A stretch of 53,298 nucleotides of DNA, the filler included, from Jimgerdemannia flammicorona (taxonomy: Eukaryota): assembly GCA_003990765.1 (NCBI GenBank). It is 2 parts of 2 records of this genome, joined end to end, with 100 filler letters (N's around TTAATTAATTAA, not from the genome) between each part and the next. Parts side by side here need not be neighbours in the genome. Positions count along the whole stretch, not along the records: positions 26,702 to 53,298 come from RBNJ01000715.1; 1 more part is not named here. One strand, given 5' to 3'. The position numbers and the translations under genes were made by a program. A model generated the notes under the pieces. It was not told the DNA's origin. It saw only the letters and a list, made by a program, of their open reading frames with translations, and ran no database searches. This document shows positions 38,500 through 50,884 of the stretch, piece after piece (position 1 is the first letter of the stretch; each line of letters starts with the position of its first letter).

Positions 38500-38800
38500 A
38501 AAAGGTGATATGAGATAGACAATGGAAGACAGATAATGGAAGACAAGACAAGTGATGGGAGATGAGACAGAAAATGAGTGACAATACAATGAGTAATAGA
38601 AGACAAGATTGGTGATGAGATAGACATAACCATTGTCTACCTTCTAATTGCATCTCATCTCCCACACCTGTCTTGTCTTCCATCACCTGTCTCATCTCCC
38701 ATTGCCCATCTCATCTCCTATTGTCCATCTCATCTCCCATTGCCTGTCTTATCTTCCATCACCCATCTTATCTTCCATGGCCTATCTCATCTCCTATCTC
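38500..38800. repeat. GAGATGAGAC / CTCATCTCCCA inverted low-complexity repeat upstream of the transposase
   Basis: Purine-rich half 38503-38625 mirrored by a pyrimidine-rich half 38630-38800. Confidence 0.7.
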
Positions 38801-38932
38801 AGAAAAAATATATATTACATATATATCTTGGTTGTATAAGATATCAAAGAAAGATTGTTGACAATATTAACAGATGAACAATCTTATAGCTGAGTTAGAA
38901 ATAAAATGTAGATGTCACACTTGAATTATCTG

Positions 38933-39260
38933 GGTTTGAAGTGTGGTTTGAAGTGCAGTTTGAAGTGTGGTTTGAAGTGTGGTTTGAAGTACAGTTTGAA
39001 GTACAGTTTGAAGTGCAGTTTGAAGTACAGCTTTAAGTGAGGCTTGAAGTGCACAGCTTAAAGTGCATGGCTTGAAGGAGAATTTGGCCACTTTTGGTAA
39101 TCAATTTAAGGCCACTTGAGGTAAAGGTAAATATGATTTAAGGCCACTTTTGATAATTGATTTAAGGCCACTTCAAGGGCACTTCAAACTGTACTTCAAA
39201 TCACATTTTTCAAACCATACTTCAAACCATACTTCAAACTGTACTTTCAAAACTGCACTT
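38933..39260. repeat. 12-bp tandem repeat GTTTGAAGT(G/A)(T/C)(G/A) with inverted copy
   Basis: About 10 units at 38933-39075; reverse-complement units CTTCAAACCATA/CTTCAAACTGTA at 39181-39260. Confidence 0.88.
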
Positions 39261-41580
39261 ATACAATTTTGGCTCTCCTTTGCCATTGATTACCAAAATT
39301 GATCACCTTTGCCAAATTCCCCAAATTCTCCTTCAAGTGGCCTTAAATTATGTTCTTGAGTGGAAGTAGAGAAGGACCTCAATTCCACTTGATCCACCTC
39401 TACCTTGAGGAAGTGGGGGAAGGTGGATTGGGTGGAATGGCTATCAATTACCAAAATTGTTCCCCTTTGCCAAATTTTCCAAATTCTCCTTCAAGTGGCC
39501 TTAAATCATGTTCTTGAGTGGAAGTGAGGAAAGACCTCAATTCTACTCAATCTACTCAATCCACCTCTACCTTTCCCTACTTCAACTCAATCTACCTCCT
39601 CCATCTTGAGGAAGTGAGGGGAGGTGGATCAGGTGAAGGTGGGTTGGGTGGAATAGCTCCCCTTTGCCATCAATTACCAAAATTGTTCCAGAACAATTTT
39701 GGTAATTGATAGCCATTCCACCTGATCCACCTTCCCCCACTTCTACCTGATTCACCTCTCCCCACTTCCTCAAGGTGGAGTGGAGGTGGATCAAGTGGAA
39801 GTGGGGGAAGATAGAGGTGGATCGAGTGGAAGTGGGGGAAGATAGAGGTGGATCGAGTGGAAGTGGGGGAAGATAGAGGTGGATCAAGTGGAAGTGGGGG
39901 AAGATAGAGGTGGATCAAGTGGATTGAGTAGAGTTGGGGTCCTTCCCCACTTCCACTTGAGAACATGATGTAAGGTCACTTTTGATAATCGATTTAAGGC
40001 CACTTGAAGGAGAATTTGGAGAATTCAGCAAAGGAGAACAATTTTGATAATTGATGGTAAAGGGGAGCCATTCCACCTGATCCATCTTCCCCCACTTCCA
40101 CCCAATCCACCTCCCCCCACTTCCTCAAGGTGGAGTGGAGGTGGATCAAGTAGAAGTGGGGGAAGGTAGAGGTGGATCAAGTGGAATTGAGGTCCTTCCC
40201 CACTTCCACTTAAGAACATGATTTAAGGCCACTTTTGGTAATCAATTCAAGTGGCCTTAAATCAATTACCAAAAGTGGCCTTAAATCATATTCTCAAGTA
40301 GAAGTGGGGAAGGACCTCAATTCTACTCGACCCACTTGATCCACCTCTACCTTCCCCTACTTCCACTTGATCCACCTCTACTCCACCTTGAGGAAGTGGG
40401 GGAAGAGAGATCAGGTGGAATGGCTCTCCTTTGCCATTGATTACCAAAATTGTTCCCCTTTGCTGAATTCCCAAATTCTCCTTCAAGTGGCCTTAAATCA
40501 ATTACCAAAAGTAGTCTTAAATCATGTTCTTTAGTGGTAGTAGGGAAGGACCTCAATTCTACTTGATCCACTCAATCCACCTCTACTCTATCTTGAGAAA
40601 GTAGGGGGAGGTAGATCAGGTGGAAGTGGGGGAAGGTGGATCGAGTGGAAGTGGGAGAAGGTGGATCAGGTGAAAGTGGGAGAAGGTAGATCAGGTGGAA
40701 TGGCTCCTCTTTGCCATCAATTACCAAAATTATTTCCCTTTGCTGAATTCCCCAAATTCTCCTTCAAGTGGCCTTAAATTGTGTCCTTGAGTGGAAGTGG
40801 AGAAGGACCTCAATTCCACTCAATCCACTCAATCCACCTCTACCTTTCCCCACTTCTACTTGATCTACCTCCACTCCACCTTAAGGAAGTAGGGGGAGGT
40901 GGATCAGGTGGAAGTGGGGGAAGGTAGATTGAGTGGAATGGCTCCTCTTTGCCATCAATTACCAAAATTGTTCCCCTTTGCCAAATTCCCCAAATTCTCC
41001 TTCAAGTGGTCTTAAATTGATTACCAAAAGTGGCCTTAAATTATGTCCTCAAGTGGAAGTGGGAAAGGACCTCAATTTCACTCAATCCACCTCTACCTTC
41101 CCCCACTTCTACTCAATCCACCTCCACTCCACCTTAAGGAACTGGGGGGAGGTGGATCGGGCAGAAGTGGGAAAAGTGGATTGGGTGGAATAGCTCCTCT
41201 TTGCCACAAATTATCAAAATTGTTCTCCTTTGCTGATTCTCCTTCAAGTGGCCTTAAGTCAATTACTAAAAGTGGCCTTAAATTGTATTCTCAAGTAGAA
41301 GTGGGGAAGGATCTCAATTTTACTCAATCCACCTCTACCTTCCCCCACTTCCACTCAATCCACCTCTACCTTCCCCCACTTCCACTCAATCCACCTTCAC
41401 TCCACCTTAAGGAAGTGGGGGGAGGTGGATCAGATGGAAGTGGGGAAAGGTAGAGGTAGATTGATCCACCTTGGAAATACAATTTAAGGACACTTAAAGG
41501 GGAATTTGACAAAGGTGAATATAATTCAAGGCCACTTTTGATAATTGATTTAAGGCCACTTGAAGGGGAATTTGGTCAAT
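39075..41580. repeat. Right array of the same ~240-270 bp repeat with fold-back inversions
   Basis: Same unit as 34365-36350; inverted block ~39690-40245; 31-bp subrepeat GGATCGAGTGGAAGTGGGGGAAGATAGAGGT x4 at ~39788-39920. Confidence 0.92.
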
Positions 41581-41627
41581 TCAACAATGTCAAAATTACT
41601 AAGCCACAAATTAATAATTATATCTAA

Positions 41628-42210
41628 ACTTATGCTTAATTTTTTGTCACTCCTTTTTGCTACTCCTATTTAATATATTTAATAAAATAAAAATAAAAAC
41701 TAGAAATTGATAGAAAAATCTATTGAGTTTAATAAAATGAAGAGCTTTTTTTTTATTATTGTATAAAATATTTTAATAAAGATTATTTTTTTACTTATTT
41801 AATATAGATCTTTACATTTTTTAAATCTCTTCTCCTTTATATTGATCATATTAAAAAAATATATTATTAGAAATTTAAATAATAAATATTATCTACTTTA
41901 GTTAAATAAAAAGCTTTTTTTAAATAATATGATTACAAATGATTTACTAAAGTTAATTATAATTTTGGTCTTATTTAATATTTTATTGGCTTTGAAATTG
42001 TGACCAGTAATTTATAATTTGGCTTTAATTTAAGGCTGAAATTGTGACTAGTCTTAATATTTATTATAAAATAATAAAAAAACTATTTTTATTGAAATAT
42101 TATATGTAATAATTAAAAAAGCTCTTTATTTTATTAAACTTGATAGAATGTTTTATCAATTTCTGATTAAATAGATTAAAAAGGAGTAGCAAAAAGGTTG
42201 AGTATAAGTG
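41628..42210. repeat. AT-rich inverted-repeat element, MITE-like or a transposon end
   Basis: ACTTATGC..CCTTTTTGCTACTCCT..AGAAATTGATAG..AATAAAATGAAGAGCTTTTTT (41628-41800) is mirrored at ~42060-42210 (AAAAAAGCTCTTT..TATCAATTTCT..AGGAGTAGCAAAAAGG..GTATAAGT). No clear TSD. Confidence 0.75.
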
Positions 42211-42239
42211 TGGTGCACTATACTTGGACTCCAACTTTA

Positions 42240-43612
42240 TTATCAGACCATTTATAGTATATTAATACAGAGTACTCCCCCCTCTACACTATCCTACATG
42301 GGACCCACTTGCCCCCATCCTTTACCCAAGAGATACCTGTTTCTGACATCTCAATCCTCTCTCCACTCATTATAGCAATTCTCCTCACCAGTCTCTTCTG
42401 GCTCCCCCCCTTGGGCCCCCACCCTACCCACCACCTATTCAGTAGCTCTAATACCAACCACTCTCATCTTGCTATCCTCATCCCTAATGCTAAACTAGGA
42501 CCCTCCTCAAATATACTCTGCCAATGTTCTGCAAGCCCAACCCATATAGCTAATGCCCACCTGACCATCAGTTACTCATTACCCACCCCCTCTACCAATT
42601 ATGATTGCAACACTATCTACCTCTTCCCTCTCCTAAGTACTGGGGCCACTATTCCAAACCTCTTCTCAATCCTCTTCCAAAAGAACTCTAAGCTCTCACA
42701 TTCTCCTAGCCAATGTTCTGAGATCTGTACCACTCCACCCTCCTGTTCTATATCATGGCATTCCTCACACTTGAATGAGTCACCTTTGACTAGGTGCTCT
42801 GACTGGAAGTTTAGCATCACATTCCGCCTCAAGAACCTTCACCACACCACCCAGAACTTGGGTGGGAGCCACCTTACCACTACCTTATTCTATGACCAAA
42901 TGCTAGCCCAGTCCCACCCTTTCTCAATATCAACTCCTTATCAGGCCTCTGGCCAGAGATCTCTCTCCTGTCCTCTAAGGCATTTCATTCTATTCTTAAG
43001 ACTGAAGTCCTCTACCTGGCTACCTCCCAATTGAAGACAATCCCACCTCTACATTCTAGACCCCCAATTCTCTTCTCTCTCCTCACTCCTTTACCAGATG
43101 CCAATGTGGTGAGCTCCATTGACTATGCTCTACCAGAAACCTTTATATATAGCACATCTTATAGCTCCCCTCTAGTGTTATCAAAGAAAGCAGATCACCT
43201 GATCCTCTCCTGGATAACACCTGCTTCTCTCACAGATATTGTATAAGAAGTACTCATTCTCCTCCCCTCAGTTCCTCTACTCTCCTCAACAATTAAGCCC
43301 TTAAGCAATATAGTTGCTTGGTAAAGTCTAACAGACCAAGCCCACCCTGGTCCACTGGGATAGTCAGTACCTTCCATCCTATCTGACTATGCCTCCCAGC
43401 GCAGAGCTATGAATGGGTCATCTTCAGAAGCCTCTTAACCACTCAAGTTGAAAAATTCAAATGGTAGTCTAGATACTATAACTTTGGTATCTAGTATATA
43501 TTCAGCACCATTACCCTCTCTGCCAGAGATATATATCAACCCCCCTAGCTTACTGATGCTCTATTCCATTCTACCAGCTTCTGTTCCCACCACTCTTTGG
43601 GAAGTATGCTGA
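42240..43612 (-). mobile_element. 5'-truncated L1/Tx1-like LINE (ORF2 C-terminus and 3' UTR)
   Basis: Begins SILPKEWWEQ (compare SILPKLWWEQ at ~47630+); C-terminal Zn knuckle FKCEECHDIEQEGGVVQISEHWLGEC..FFW (42617-42832). Confidence 0.82.
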
Positions 43613-46600
43613 TAGAAGTGTGATAGGTGATTGGGAAAAAATCTAGATGGGACTGCTGATAGTAGACTAGGCAGTGAGAAAGGCACAAGACCTAATGATC
43701 TGGCAGATAGTATAATGGGACTGGCAGTGGCACCATTACTCAAGAAGTCAATCTCAGAGTTCACAGTCACCTTATGCTTCCAGGGTCTGGCAGTGATAGC
43801 AAAAATAGTCCTGGGGCTGATTGCTAAGCAGGTGACTAGATCAGCATCCATGAAGTTCCTGAAGAGACTGAAAGAAGTAGAGGTAGGCTTTGAGGAGGCT
43901 GGACCATTGGAGGCACTGAAGACAGGGTTGACAGTTGGAGAGATATGTGTTCTAATAACATGCTGCTTGAGATGGGACCCCAGGGTGGTGTAATTGCTGG
44001 TGAAGGGGGTGCCCACAGTAACTGCTGAGGAGACAAGGAGGAGAGTTGAGAAAGTTATAGCTGAGTATGATGAGGTGGTCAATGTTGGGTTCTGGGTCTG
44101 GAAGGGGACCTTGTTCAGGACAGGAGATGTTGATGTTCAAATCTGGTTGGCAGAGAAGGAAGCTACCAGGAAGGCTAGGGACTGGTCTTTAGTGATAGTC
44201 TGAGGGGCTTTCTTGTATAAGGTGATGAGGGTGAAGGGGAGTGAGGAGGAGGAAGAGGATCTGCTGAAGGTGCTGGAAGAGCTGAGTGGTACTGTGGAGC
44301 AGAGGGCTAAGACTTGAAAGGTATATATTGAGTCAATGCATTTGGAAGTGGTTGATGGAAAGAGGATTTAGATAGATAAGAAGTGGTGGGAAAGATCTCA
44401 AGGATGCAAGAGGCAGAGAGAGCTGTTGGCAAAACTGGAAAGCAGAGTGAAGAAGGATGCTAGTAGTGTTGAAATCATGGGGAGAGCCAAGGAGAGCATC
44501 TGGGCTAGTGAGGATAGAGAGAATACAGAGAAGGAGTCAGGAGGGAGAGAGGAGGCAATGGGAAATAACCCTTATACAGATAGTACCTTTGAGGTCTGAG
44601 AGCTATCTCTAATCTCTATGCTGCTTATTAGATGAGGTCCAGCTTCAAGGAGCAAGGTGGCAGAGGATGTGCTCATGCAGGGAGCCCAGAGAGTATACTT
44701 TGGAGTTTCTGAGATGGCTAAGGGGGGGCAGGTGGTGGTGGTGAGTAAGGACGAACTGGTGGATGTTCAGGAAGAGGAGTGAGATGAGACTGCAAGTGCA
44801 GGGGCTGATATCTCAATACTGGATGGAGGGTGGCTAGCAACTTCCAGGGAGAAGGAGGTGAGAAATCTGCTATAGATGTACAAGATGATGAACAACTTTG
44901 CAGTGGAGGAGTTGGGGGAGGTGGACCTACAAGTGATGAGTGATGAGTATTGGGCACATATCTTGTATGACAAGGGAGTGATAGAGGTACAGAAGGCAGA
45001 GATTCATACAGTTTTCCTAGAGGAAGAAGGGTATGATGTTGATAAGGAGAGAGAGGCTGGGCTGGCAGTTGCTGCTAGTGAGAGGGCTGCTTTCTGTTGG
45101 GCAGAGCAGTATGGGTTGAAGCTCTGGCAGGAGGCCTGTCTGGAATATCATGAAGAATTCAAGAAGAAGGAGGTTGGGGAGCTTACCAAACTTCTGGCTA
45201 GATTGTAGGCTAAGAGGACTATAGAGGAGGAGGAAGCTACAGAACATGATCTAGACCTAGCTCAGGATGAGATATATATAGAGCAGTAGAGGATTTACTT
45301 ACTATTATACATTATTCCTTATGAATAGTATAACCAATATTTTCTCTTTAAATGTGAATGGGCTCTAGGATTCATTTCATTGATAGAATATTTTTGCTTG
45401 GCTGAAGGGATTGGAGGCTGATATCTTTCTTTGGCAGGATGTCAGGTGCAAGGATGATTTGGATAAACTGGAATGGACAAAGAAATGGAGAGGGGAGGCA
45501 GTTTGGAAGTACAATGTTGGAATTCTGGTCAGGAAGGGCAGAGGGGAGATATAGGATATGTAGAACTAGGGAGATAGGCTGGTCTAGGGTGAGTGGATTC
45601 ACACTGATCAGGAACCAGTTATAGTTGGATCCTGCTACTGTCTTGTAGCAAGAAGTGAGTATATAGAGTGGATGAAGGGTCTCCAGGAGGAAGAGACTCT
45701 GGTAGGAGCTGGAGTAGATATGCTTGGTGGAATCTTTAATATGATCAGAGATATACTATTGGATAGAACTGATGGAGAGCAGGGGGCAGAGGGAAGGAGT
45801 GGAGGTTTGGAGATATAGGAGGAAGTAGAGAGGCTGAGTGCTTTGGTAGATGCTGGCAGAGAGTTGTAGGGTGACAGAAGGGTATATACACATTGGATGA
45901 GTGGTCTGGGGACAAGGATTGACTGGATTTTGACAGTAGACTGCTAGGGTCTGGATGTTTGGGGGTCTCTGGAGATAGAATGGTATCTGTGGTCTGATTA
46001 TTAGGGACTGCTGAGACAGAGCCATTTTGGAGAGAGTGGAGATAGACTGGGACATTGGTGCCGCAACTCCTCCCTGATAGACAATAAGGTATTATAGGAC
46101 AAGTGGGCTGAGGATATTCAGCAGAGGGTGGAGGAGTGAATACAGGAAGGTATCTCAGTTGGTATTAGGTAGATGAGGCTGAAGGAGACAGCTAGGGTCT
46201 ATTGGAGGGAGGTAGGTACAGCAGCTGGGAGATAGAGGAGAGAAAGGAGGCTGTGGACCTCTGCTAGATTGACAAGGCTGTTGGAAGATTGGGTGAGTTT
46301 GGTGGCCCTAGAGGGGGTGAAGAATTGAAGAGTACTATAGGTGAAAAAGGAGGTTGTAGAGTTGTAACAGATATTGTGAGAGGTGGAGGAAGCACAGGTA
46401 CTAAGTATGGCAGCACATCTACATTGACAGTGGCTGGAGGAAGGAGAGAGGTCCTCTAAGTTTCTCATGAGTGCCCTTCAGGCAAGGAGGGTTCAGCAGA
46501 GGTGGGAGGGGGTTCTCAATTCTGAGGGAACATTGGTATATAGTATCAAGACATTCTCAGGTTACTAAAGGAGCAGTGGGGTGGCTTGTAGAGTGAGGAG

Positions 46601-48033
46601 GAGGGTGGAGCAGAAGATGCCACCATTGGTCTTACCTTGGAGAATTGGCACCCACCACAGGCAGAAGGGCTGGGTGACCTAGTGATGCTGGTGCAGGAGG
46701 AGGAGATTTGCTAGGTTCTTACTACAACTTCACTGAGTACAGCACCAGGTGAGAATGACCTGCCCTAGGCTTTCTGAAAGAAGATAGTGGATGATGTCTC
46801 TAGTGTGCTGGGAGAGCTGAGAGTATTATGTGACTTGGTACTATAGTCTAGGAGATGGGTAGGGGAGCAGGATCTGGGGCTGGTAGCACTGCTGTATAAG
46901 AACAAGGGTAGGAGTGAGGACTGGAAGAACTGGAGGCTGATCATGCTACTAGATATAGACAGGAAGTTGATTACTAAGGTGGTAGTAGTGAGGCTGCAGA
47001 AGGTGGCCCAGCAGGTCTTGGGGGTAGAGCAGTGGGGATTTGTCAGAGGCCAACTTATTTGGGATGATATAGCTTGGGTACATGGGATTATTGAAGAGGC
47101 ACAGGTCTGTGGATTGGATGGGCACCTGGTCTTCTTGGATCAGGAGAAGGCATATGACTATGTTCAGAGGGTCTGGTTGGCAAAGGTACTAGATAGGATT
47201 GGAGTCCCTCAATAGTTCTAAGTGGTAATGGTCAGCCTACTGGAAGGGAGCAGGGCTATACTCCTATGTAATGGGTATTGAGGGGTAGCTTTCCCTCTGA
47301 GTAGAAGTGTTCTCTAGGGGGATCCACTGTCTCCCATTTTGAATGCACTCTCCTTAGAAAAAGATAGGAAGGCTTTTGGTTTATGGCATTGAGTGGAAAG
47401 TTGGGGCTTTTGCAGATGATATAGTGGTTGGTCTGGGTTTGATTACTGATGTTAAGGAACTCAAGAAGACAATGGAGTGGTATGAGGCACATTCTGGGGC
47501 TAAACTCAATTGGTACAAGTGTGAAACAATAGTGCTAGATAATGGTCTGATGGGGGGGGATGTCATTGGAACAATTGTCCCTGCTGAGGAGGCAGTGAGG
47601 TACTTGGGTATCTATCTATCAGTATATGGGTCCATCCTTCCAAAACTCTGGTGGGAGCAGTGGATGGTTATCTGAGGGGAGGCCCTGTAGAGCTGGGGAG
47701 ACCACCACTTGTCTCTGGCAGAGCATGTTTTCATCTTGAATACTTACTGGCTGCCAAAGTTGTGGTATCTGGTATATCACCTGAACTTTCCAGTCTGGGT
47801 GGTAAAGAGACTACTGAAACTGGCCAAGAGGTGGATCTGGACATGGAGGAGGAGTCAGATTAGCTGGGAAATTTTGTTCTTACCAGTGACTAGTGAGCAT
47901 GAAGAGGTGGGGGGGGGTGGGATGTCCCCTATGGGGATTGGGTAGTGGGAGGAGATAATTTAAATTTATGTATATACTGGTAATAAATGGCAAAGTCTGA
48001 GTGACTATAAAAAAAATAAAAAATAAAAAAAAA
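43613..48033 (+). mobile_element. L1/Tx1-like LINE: ORF1 (~43631-45290), ORF2 (~45320-47890, C-terminus absent), 3' tail
   Basis: ORF1 RRM-like VKGVP..EVVNV..RTGDVDV; EN IFSLNVNGL, QDV, GTRIDWI, SDY; RT KNWRLIMLL, EQWGFVRG, LDQEKAYD, GDPLSP, FADDI, LNWYKC, RYLGI; tail AATAAA..GTGACTAT(A)n at 47983-48033. Confidence 0.93.
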
Positions 48034-50860
48034 TAGGCTTTCTCATGATCCAAGAACACTTGGTGACCATTTACTCTAGCAGCCCTTACTCCTTCAATAA
48101 CTCCATGGACCCAAGCAGTATCATCTTTTATAAGGCAACCCCCCACAAAGCCACTCTGCTCCTTTCCTAATATCTATTATACCACTCTCTACAATCTGAC
48201 CACCAGAACTTTCATCACCATCTTGCAATCTATGTCCAGCTGACTGTCCTCTCCAGATACCATGCCTAGGCTCATGGAAGCCAAGATCTGGAGAATTTCC
48301 TCCCATCATACTGGTGCTTCCAGTTCCCTCAATCCCACAGCCAGAGAATGGTACCACTATTCTAGATATCTCTCAATGTCTGGCACATCCTCCCCTCCCT
48401 CCTCTTTACTCCAAAGTATATCCAACCAGCTACTCAACTATTTCAGTATCTCCTGCACCCCAACCACCATCTTGTCATCCTTACCTAACACCCCTTCCTA
48501 CCTATTCCATTCTCCTTTAGTCTGGAGGAGTCTTGACTGATACTTGGTAGGCCACTCTCCTTCCTCTAGTCCCTATCATCACAATATAGCTACTACCTTA
48601 TCTCCTTCTCTCTCCTTAGTAAGTTCTGCAACTCCACAACCTCCAGCTTAGCCCACTAAACCGTCCAGTCCATTCTTCCTTCCTCCTACAATGACTCCAC
48701 TCAAGATAGTAGTAACTGTTTCAATTACTGAGACACTCACCAGACACTTCTCCATCTTTGAGCACTCTATGCCTTCCCTGCCTCACCCCAAAAACACTGA
48801 GTCTTTGACTTCAATCAATGCCACTGATCTCTAATACACAGGCCTGCCTCCCTCTATATTTCAATCTGGGCCATAATCCTCTTTACTCAGGAACTCCACA
48901 GAGTAGCTTTCTCTAATAGAGAAGAGTTCAGGTACTAATGTCCAGGCCCCTCTCCACTCTCTCCAAATCTCTCCCTTCCTTAAACACTCCAATGGTCTGA
49001 CCAGGGGCACCATTCCACCTCCACCCTCTCTCAGACCATCTCACCCCAGCACTCTGCAGTCAAAATCCAATCAATCCTAGAGTCTAGCCCCTCTACCCAA
49101 TGTATATATATTCTGTATTCATTGCCTTATAATCTCACAGCATCCAATAGAGCCCCAAGTCATTCAATTTTCTCTCAGTCTGCCATCTCTCCTCTCCTCT
49201 CTGACATTCCCCTCCCTCCATCTATCCTATCCAGTCTGCTTTCTCAGACTATATTAAAGTCACTACCCAGGTAGTCCACTCTAGTCTCTACCAGTATTCT
49301 AGCTTTCTTCAGTCTCCAGATCCAGTCAACTCTAGCTTCCCTCTCTGCTGGAACATAACAAGACTCTATAACTATGTTGCCCCAGCCTGGCCTCCTCTAT
49401 GATCCCCAAACTAACCTGCTCCCCCAATATCCAATATCTTCAATGTCTCTCTTCCCTTTCCTGATCTTTCTCCTTCCATATTACCACCCACTTTCCCCTT
49501 CTATATCACTATCCCCCCTCACTCCCATGTCCATTCTATGCTATTATCATCATCCTCACACTATATATCTTGAAGTAGAAACAAATCAGCATCTAGTTTT
49601 CTCAGTCAGTCAAAGATATTATAATATCTCTCTGCCCTCCAAAGTCCATTGTCATTTATAGAGAATATATTAGTTGTTTTATTTATAATGAATAAATGTT
49701 ATAAGATATAGATTCACTCTACAATTCCATACTCACATTCTCCTCTACCATGTCCAAGTTCTGCTCAGCTTCAACTTCTGTCTCTAATTCCTGTTGTTCA
49801 TCCAGCACTGCCAATAACTCCACACAGTTCTCTCTATCTACCATTTTTATAGACATGCAGTACTTCTCACACACTACCTACCACTTTGTATTTCTATTCC
49901 TTAGTCTCCACAGATATGTTGCCATATCATTTACAATACTCAGAAGAGTTGCCTTGTAGGCTGCATCCACCTCATACTTCTCCTCCTCTAACAGTATTAC
50001 CATCATCTTATCTCTGATCTTCCTCACCACCCCCTCACCCCACAGCACCTCTCCCCAGAAGTCCTCACTGATCACTCAAAAGTCTACCTCTCCCAGCTCC
50101 TCTGTTGCTACATTTGTCAATGTCTTCTATAGCCACTTCTCTCTACCAACTGTCTCCTCCCCCCAGACTAACTCCTGCCCACCAGTCCTCCTACCCTCCC
50201 CTTCCTCAGTTCTCCTGGACTCATCCCAATCATCCTCTGATACATTCTGTAGCTCCTCCTCTCCTATGCCAGATACTCTATACTAGATTGAAGTACTCTC
50301 CACCATCTCTATATCTGCCACCACCACTGCCACCTCTGGCATCCTGGCCTTTCCCTTATCATCCCATTCCAGCCCATATGCTAGCCCCTATGTCCTCTCT
50401 GAAAGCCAACTCCACTCCCTTCAGATCCCCTCTCAGGCTTACTAACAACTCCATCTGTACCTTTCTCACCTGTGCCTTCTCCCAGAGAGCCCAATCTATC
50501 TGCACCTTCTTGTCATTGATGACCTCAACTACCATTCTAGCCTCATACTTCTTCCAAGCCTTCTGCCTCTTCTTGACTGCTCCCACTATGTCCTTCAGTA
50601 CCTCTAGTAGGTCCTCCTCCTTCTCTAGTGTCTCCAGCATCCTCAATACCTTGTATTCCACTGGTCTCCACCTTAACACTATTGGCCAGTCTCTTTCTTT
50701 CCCAGTATTCTCATTTTCTGCCAGCCTCACCCTGATATCCACATCTTCAATCCTGAGCTCCATCTCTTCTCAGACCTGGAATCCAATATTGATGATATTG
50801 CCAAACTCCCTGATAGCATCCTCTATCAGTTGCCTAGCTTTCTCCTTCTTGACAATCAGC
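48034..50860 (-). mobile_element. L1/Tx1-like LINE fragment (ORF1 middle to RT region)
   Basis: 50359-50763 is homologous to ORF1 at 44000-44450; EN ADLFLLQDI (~49570) and RIDWIL (~49070); ends at VFLDHEKAY (48035), abutting the A-tail of the + copy. Confidence 0.88.
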
Positions 50861-50884
50861 AGGTCTACAAAGAAACCAATATAC

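Noticed and set aside
34401..41453. Many ORFs within the arrays (for example 34910-35392, 35900-36322, 41043-41453)
   Set aside because: They are translations of the repeat unit in varying frames and strands, with indels that are not multiples of 3.
34365..41580. Possible CRISPR-like array (recurring AAGTGGCCTTAAAT motif)
   Set aside because: The intervening sequences are themselves repeats rather than unique spacers, there are no cas genes, and the context is eukaryotic with introns.
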